Origin: Paraspadella gotoi
Taxonomy: Eukaryota; Animalia; Chaetognatha
Reading direction: 5' to 3'
Assembly: GCA_051294375.1 (NCBI GenBank)
Contig: JBJCIZ010000784.1
Location: forward strand, 1 to 17,707
DNA length: 17,707 bases
The position numbers and the translations under genes are program-made. A model generated the notes under the pieces. It had not been told where the DNA came from. It searched no databases and saw only the letters and a list, made by a program, of their open reading frames with translations. This document shows positions 11,573-17,707 of the stretch, piece after piece (the first letter of the stretch is position 1; every line of letters begins with the position of its first letter).

Positions 11573-12320
11573 AAAAGAGAGGATCCGGTTGTCCGGGCTA
11601 TGCAGAATTCACCGACGACGAGTCCCTGAAAATGTTTTTGCCATCAGAAACCGATATGGTCTGTTGCTTCTCTAGCGAAGACTCTGGTTTGAATCAGAGG
11701 ACCGGCGACTCCGCGGGTTCCGACTCAGAAAAAGAATCCGAGAATGACCCCCCCTAAGACAACCATTAACACTAAAGAAAAACCCCCGCCCAAAGAGACA
11801 GTCAATACGCCGAAGGAGCTAAAAGGTTAAAAGGTTAATTACAGCAATTATATGGGCGCCAGATGCTAAACCCTATAATTAATCATGTGAAAGAATTACT
11901 CGAGGTGAAACATGAAAAAAGCTTTCTCAAAACATAATCGGATTATGGTGAAGAACGAATTATACAATGTAGATACATTTGAAAAGACGCAACCGGCCCC
12001 CCTATAGCGTAGCCCCTTACCGTAACGCGTCCTAAAATCGCGACATATTGATAAACAAGCCTATGAGATGATTCGCTGATGGCGCTGCTTGGCCCATCCA
12101 CGAGCCCTTACTGCCGCCCCGAATTACTTGTTAAAAGGAAAACTGGCGATTTATAGATTCTCAAGTACTTTAGGAAAGTCAATTTTGGTAAGTGCAATAA
12201 AGTGGTTTTATCTCTTTTCTGCCATGTAATAGAAGATCTTCGCTACAAAAACTCGACAACCCAAGATTTTTTCACCACAATGGATCTGACCAAAAGGCTT
12301 TGGCAGATCCCAATACAACC
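11573..12320 (+). repeat. Direct repeat copy C of the pre-RT/RT-start unit, running on into noisy RT sequence up to the 25-N gap at 12404-12428
   Basis: Same start and sequence as copy B, 772 nt downstream. It includes a frameshifted FFTTMDLTKxxWQIPI motif. Confidence 0.97.
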
Positions 12321-12428
12321 CGACGATGAAAATATTTTGCCTTTTCACAGAGTCATGCTTTGGAATATTAGTAGCTCCGCATGGGCGCTAAAAATTCCGC
12401 CCANNNNNNNNNNNNNNNNNNNNNNNNN

Positions 12429-13510
12429 GCTATCTGTGCGCCCTAATGCAATTAGTTTTGAGAGGTTTGCCCCCACAACATGTAATTAGCTACATGGACG
12501 ATATCCTAGTAGCAGATAAAGACATGGAAAGCCATCTTATCCATTTGGACCAAGTCCTTTCAGCTCTGGAAAGCGCTGGACTAAAGTTAAATCCTGCTAA
12601 ATGCAGTTTCGCCCAAACTTCTGTCGTTTGCCTTGGCCACAAACTGTCAAGAGAGGGAATCTTTCCCGATCCAGCAAACATCGAGAAAATCAAATCCTGG
12701 AAAGCACCCGAGAACCCGAAGCGAATTAAGACATTCCTTGGCTTAACGGGCTATTACAGGCAATATATCAAAGATTATAGCCGAATAGCCCAACCTCTTA
12801 CCGATTTAACTCACGAAGGTGTCAAGTGGGAATGGAACGAAGTCCACCAACAGGCCTTCGAAACACTAAAGAACGCCCTGTTGTCGGATGCTATGATGCA
12901 CTACCCAGACTTCACAAAGCCATTCATTGTCAAAAGCGACGCTTCTTTGTTTGCCATTGGGTACGTCCTTACACAAAAAGTCGACGGAAAGGAGAAAGTA
13001 ATTTCTTACGGCTCCAAAAAGCTTACTGGCCCCCAACAAAAATGGGCAACTTATGACAGAGAATTCTTTGCTCTCCTCTGCGGAATTAGAGCCAATGCCC
13101 ACTACTTGAGACACGCCCCATTCATCGCTGTCACCGACCATCGTCCCCTCCTTGCCTGGAGAAAAGTTGATCCAAAGAAAGACCCAACCGGTCGCCGAAC
13201 CAGATGGGCAATCGAATTAGATCCCTACGACTTCGAACTTGTCTATAAGAAAGGAAAAATCCACACAGATGCCGACGCCATGAGCCGGAGAGGCGACGAA
13301 GACGAACGAACACCCCGTAGACGAAGATTATGCATTATCCCACGACCTCTCGAATCAATCCACCCCTTCGAAGACGATTCAGTCTTCCTAGGCATAGATG
13401 ATCTCGACGAAACAACGCCGGTAAACTTCAATGCAAATGAAAGCGAAACTCAGAAGCTGAGAGAAGAACAAGACAATGACGATATCATTTCCGAAGTGAA
13501 AACTTTGTAA
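12429..13510 (+). CDS. pol: Gypsy pol: reverse transcriptase core/thumb and RNase H
   Basis: Motifs: YMDD at 12491-12502; GLKLNPAKCSF; LGHKLSREGI; FLGLTGYYRQYIKDYSRIAQPLTDL; RNase H motifs FIVKSDAS, YDREFFAL, TDHRPL, RWAIEL and KGKIHTDADAMSR. Confidence 0.98.
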
Positions 13511-13559
13511 CCATAAGGAAAAGACCCCGCGAGGGCTTTCCCAATCGCTGGTACATCAG

Positions 13560-14741
13560 AAACTTCAACCGTCTTGTTATGAAAGATGGAACGCTCTATA
13601 GGAAAACTTCCATAACGGAAGCCCCTGGCCCATTCTACAAGCAGTAATCCCCCGATTCACTGTAAATGACGTTCTGAACGATTTCCATGGCTCAGTGTTT
13701 TGCCGGCCATCCATCAATCAAAAAGATGGTGGAGAAAGTAAGACGTTATGCTATCTGGCCAGGGCTAGGCAGAGATGTCGCAAACCATCTCAAAAACTGC
13801 AAGATATGCGACCAGGTCAATGAACCCAAACCCAAAGAACAAAACACCGTTACACAATCAATCGTTGCCGAAAATGTGTTTGACCATGTTATATGCGATC
13901 TGCTAAAGCTACCCAGCAGCCCAGGCGACATGAAGTATGTCTTGCTTCAAGGACGTTTTCTCAGGTTATGTGAAACTCTATAACTTATAGGAACAAAAAC
14001 GCGACAGGTATTGCCAAAGCCGTTTGAAAACCTAGTTTGGCTTCGCTGGCCCTCCAAAGTTGTTAACTTCCTGCGATAACGGTGGCGAATTCATCGCTGA
14101 CGTAGTCAAAGCAGTTTTTGCCAAATTATGGGCACGAAGAAGAGAACAAGTGTAGCCTACCGTCCCGAATCACAAGGCAACGTGGAAAGACAGAACGGAA
14201 CAATAATTAAAGATCTAACCAAAAGACTACTCCAATATGGGAAGTCTTGGATTGATCACCTTCCCTATGTTGAATGGTCGTACAACACTACTCTCCGTTT
14301 GCACGTACTAATATGACCCCATACCTGCTGTTTTTTGGCCGCGAGCCTCCTCTCCCGGCCTTCACCGGAGTGGAAATTGATNNNNNNNNNNATCGCACTT
14401 TGCAAGATTATATAGACAAAGTGCAAAACCGGGTAAAAATGATCACGGATGAAGCAAGAATACGCACAGAGAAGAAAAGAGCACAAGAAGAGGAAACCTA
14501 CAACAGAAAATCCAAACACACCCCTCTTCAAGAAGGCGATCTGGTATACGAAAGAGNNNNNNNNNNNNNNNNNNNNNNNNNNNNNNNNNNNNNNNNNNNN
14601 NNCTCAAGAATAACAAAACGCGTCCCAAGTTCCAAAGGAGATCCTGGAACAACATATTGGTGCGAGCGTAGAGATGGAAGCAAACGCCGCCGAAACTACG
14701 AACACCTTAAAAAGGTTAATGCAACGTATGAAGAGTTAATG
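13560..14741 (+). pseudogene. pol: Gypsy integrase (HHCC zinc finger, DDE core, C-terminal region), with frameshifts that may be sequence errors
   Basis: FHG..FAGHPSIKKM...WPGLGRDVANHLKNCKICDQ (HHCC); FDHVICDL; DNGGEF; TSVAYRPESQGNVERQNGTI; WIDHLPYVEWSYNT; TPYLLFFGREPPLP; LQEGDLVY, followed by a gap where a GPY/F motif is expected. Confidence 0.96.
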
Positions 14742-14752
14742 ANNNNNNNNNN

Positions 14753-15429
14753 CAGAAGCTGATCCTCAACCCTCTACCTCCGCAACATCCCAAAACCCAG
14801 ACGATACTGATGAGACTCCAACAAATGTGGAAGAAAAATCCTNNNNNNNNNNNNNNNNNNNNNNNNNNNNNNTTATTTTGGGCACATCTAAGGGCAAAGC
14901 CACAGCCACTACGGCAAAGCCTCCAAAGCCCAGCACTCCATTACTGCCTGAAGAAGAAGACAAACGAAGGAGAAAGCCTTGGATTGATCCTAGCCCTGAT
15001 GNNNNNNNNNNNNNNNNNNNNNNNNNNNNNNNNNNNNNNNNNNNNNNNNNNNNNNNNNNNNNNNNNNNNNNNNNNNNNNNNNNNNNNNNNNNNNNNNNNN
15101 NNNNNNNNNNNNNNNNNNNNNNNNNNNNNNNNNNNNNNNNNNNNNNNNNNNNNNNNNNNNNNNNNNNNNNNNNNNNNNNNNNNNNNNNNNNNNNNNNNNN
15201 NNNNNNNNNNNNNNNNNNNNNNNNNNNNNNNNNNNNNNNNNNNNNNNNNNNNNNNNNNNNNNNNNNNNNNNNNNNNNNNNNNNNNNNNNNNNNNNNNNNN
15301 NNNNNNNNNNNNNNNNNNNNNNNNNNNNNNNNNNNNNNNNNNNNNNNNNNNNNNNNNNNNNNNNNNNNNNNNNNNNNNNNNNNNNNNNNNNNNNNNNNNN
15401 NCAAGGAACGATATGTAAATAATAGCTAA
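14753..15429 (+). CDS. Low-complexity C-terminal extension of pol (partial, mostly gaps)
   Basis: Pro/Thr/Ser/Glu-rich frame PQPSTSATSQNPDDTDETPTNVEEKS...ATATTAKPPKPSTPLLPEEEDKRRRKPWIDPSPD, also present in the inverted copy. The end coordinate is uncertain because of gaps. Confidence 0.5.
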
Positions 15430-16182
15430 TTATTCTACATTGATATCTAAGCCTGTAACTAATCGCGATTCAATTTTATATAATTCATAATTTNNNNNNN
15501 NNNNNNNNNNNNNNNNNNNNNNNNNNNNNNNNNNNNNNNNNNNNNNNNNNNNNNNNNNNNNNNNNNNNNNNNNNNNNNNNNNNNNNNNNNNNNNNNNNNN
15601 NNNNNNNNNNNNNNNNNNNNNNNNNNNNNNNNNNNNNNNNNNNNNNNNNNNNNNNNNNNNNNNNNNNNNNNNNNNNNNNNNNNNNNNNNNNNNNNNNNNN
15701 NNNNNNNNNNNNNNNNNNNNNNNNNNNNNNNNNNNNNNNNNNNNNNNNNNNNNNNNNNNNNNNNNNNNNNNNNNNNNNNNNNNNNNNNNNNNNNNNNNNN
15801 NNNNNNNNNNNNNNNNNNNNNNNNNNNNNNNNNNNNNNNNNNNNNNNNNNNNNNNNNNNNNNNNNNNNNNNNNNNNNNNNNNNTGTCAAGACTCTTAGCC
15901 TTTCTAGATTACCGTGCTAACCAATGAAGATATCATCTAGTTTTCAAAAGTATTGGGTTTTTATTNNNNNNNNNNNNNNNNNNNNNNNNNNNNNNNNNNN
16001 NNNNNNNNNNNNNNNNNNNNNNNNNNNNNNNNNNNNNNNNNNNNNNNNNNNNNNNNNNNNNNNNNNNNNNNNNNNNNNNNNNNNNNNNNNNNNNNNNNNN
16101 NNNNNNNNNNNNNNNNNNNNNNNNNNNNNNNNNNNNNNNNNNNNNNNNNNNNNNNNNNNNNNNNNNNNNNNNNNNNNNNNTC

Positions 16183-17707
16183 GCGTCGGAAATTTTTGCT
16201 CTCAAGGACAATACTCGCCCAAAGCGACCGAATAACGAGAGCTATATGAGGAATGGTATTCAGGTTATCGTCCTCGATGCAGACCTCGAAGACGTCGANN
16301 NNNNNNNNNNNNNNNNNNNNNNNNNNNNNNNNNNNNNNNNNNNNNNNNNNNNNNNNNNNNNNNNNNNNNNNNNNNNNNNNNNNNNNNNNNNNNNNNNNNN
16401 NNNNNNNNNNNNNNAAACCCTCGCGTCCGATCAAATCATACATTCCCGATTCTACGATAGTGCGAGAAAACACGCTACGGATTTTTTGAGTCTCGCTGAT
16501 GACGTCTCAGATTCCTTCTGGCCTATCGGTTTCGACACTGNNNNNNNNNNNNNNNNNNNNNNNNNNNNNNNNNNNNNNNNNNNNNNNNNNNNNNNNNNNN
16601 NNNNNNNNNNNNNNNNNNNNNNNNNNNNNNNNNNNNGTTCGTATTCCCTGCCCGACGAATTGGTCGACATCATCAAGCATCCCTATGCAGTCTTTATTGG
16701 CAAGGATGTCGAAAAAGACTTATCCAGAATCGCGCACAACTTTCCGATCCCTCTAGAGAAAAGAGAAAGACTAAAGTTCATAGAACTCATCTAACATGTA
16801 CCACTTCTGCCGCCAACTACGCTAAAGGCCCCGTCATCTACTGAAGTGGGTTTCCATCGACAGCCAATCACGGCGTCTTGGGACTCCCCTTCTCTAAGAT
16901 TTATTCACCATTTCGCGAAACCTGAGTGGATGTTGGATAAAAGATCTTTTCATCGTAACCATTTAGCAGACTTCGAGGAGGAAAAAGTCACTCTTTGGTC
17001 ACCATCACGGCTTTGCTACGCAGCGCTAGATCGCTGGCAGGTCTTCAAACGGGTTTGATCCTCTCCGACATCCTCGGTGTAAGCCTCACCCAGTTCATCC
17101 AAACACTCGGCAGAATCCAGATTCCTACTATTGTCCATCCCTTAAGGCTATCGTCCAGGCTCTGGAATGACCCAAAAAACCGCCGGCCCCGGAAATTGCC
17201 TGTGGGAAAAGAAAAACGAGAATTTCATCGCCTAGATAAAGGAAAAGAAGCTGATGAAAGAGCGGGTGAACGCGCTGAATTGGAGGAGCGTTTATGTCCG
17301 AAAACGAAGGGAGATCGCTCTGGCAAGCTCACTCGCGAAAGGAATGGCCAACCCTTCGAGATCGAGTACGCAGAGCCAAAGATCGATGAGCTCGTCGTTG
17401 ATGACTCTACAGATTCAGAGCCTTCGATATTCGACCCTCCAGCTGACGATGCCCCTCAATTTTCCGACCTTANNNNNNNNNNGCAGAACCCTAAAGGTAC
17501 GAAAAGACGTAAAGTAGTAAATGAATCTCATAACGATTATCTTGATCCAATTTTCGATATAAGTTACGATTCCGCTATTTCTGTCTCTGAAAACTATAGT
17601 GATACTGATAATGATAAAGATAACGCTAATTTAACCGACACTGATGATAATAATCTTCTTTATAACTCTAAATTAAATAATAATAATTCTGAAAGATCTG
17701 TAGAATT
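16183..17707 (+). CDS. ORF3: DEDDy 3'-5' exonuclease (WRN-exo/RNase D/Mut-7-like) with an acidic, Asn-rich C-terminal tail; start hidden in a gap, a few frameshifts or stops, open at the window end
   Basis: ExoI: IGFDT-g(nn) at 16525-16540, with the expected E cut by the gap. ExoII: LPDELVDIIKHPYAVFIGKDVEKDLSRIAHNF (D at 16717-16719), matching the LPxxLxxLLxxPxIxKVGxxIxxDxxKL pattern, then FIEL. ExoIII: SLRFIHHF...LDK...LADF...LCYAALD (YAALD at 17017-17031). Confidence 0.85.

Larger units (their letters stand above)
1..17707 (+). mobile_element. Ty3/Gypsy LTR retrotransposon, internal region (gag, pol, extra exonuclease ORF); fragmented assembly, LTRs not in window
   Basis: The domain order RT-RNase H-integrase on the + strand is diagnostic of Ty3/Gypsy. 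A gag-like frame lies upstream and a third ORF downstream. Both window ends fall inside open frames. The element is interrupted by 637-9407 and by many N gaps. Confidence 0.9.

Noticed and set aside
10701-11757. Apparent fusion proteins of RT pieces to KRGSGCPGYAEF...ENDPP
   Set aside because: They are created by the junctions of the triplicated unit, which is probably artefactual.
9549-12320. Direct repeats interpreted as LTRs
   Set aside because: They encode the pre-RT linker and RT start, lack TG...CA termini and PBS/PPT, and lie inside pol.
12490-13931. Minus-strand and alternative-frame ORFs overlapping pol
   Set aside because: They are short shadow ORFs with no recognisable motifs.
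16183-17707. ORF3 as an env gene
   Set aside because: No signal peptide, transmembrane segment or fusion-protein features are visible. The exonuclease motifs explain it better.

Overview
Eukaryotic, gap-ridden repeat scaffold built around one Ty3/Gypsy LTR-retrotransposon family. The + strand carries gag fragments (2-611, 9408-9548), pol (RT with YMDD, RNase H, HHCC/DDE integrase; ~10534-14741) and a low-complexity pol tail. In the env position there is a third ORF (16183 to the window end) with all three motifs of a DEDDy (WRN-exo/RNase D-like) 3'-5' exonuclease. About 2870-9409 is not unique DNA: it is an insertion-rich, raw-long-read-quality reverse-complement copy of the same family. That copy runs gag end, protease-like region, integrase, pol tail and exonuclease ORF, lacks RT/RNase H, and shows synonymous-looking differences from the forward copy. 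The pre-RT/RT start occurs three times (9549, 10801, 11573). The triplication and the head-to-head layout lie next to gaps of exactly 25 N and are probably gap-filling artefacts. No LTR is visible. The main biological signal is a Gypsy family that appears to carry a captured DEDDy exonuclease.
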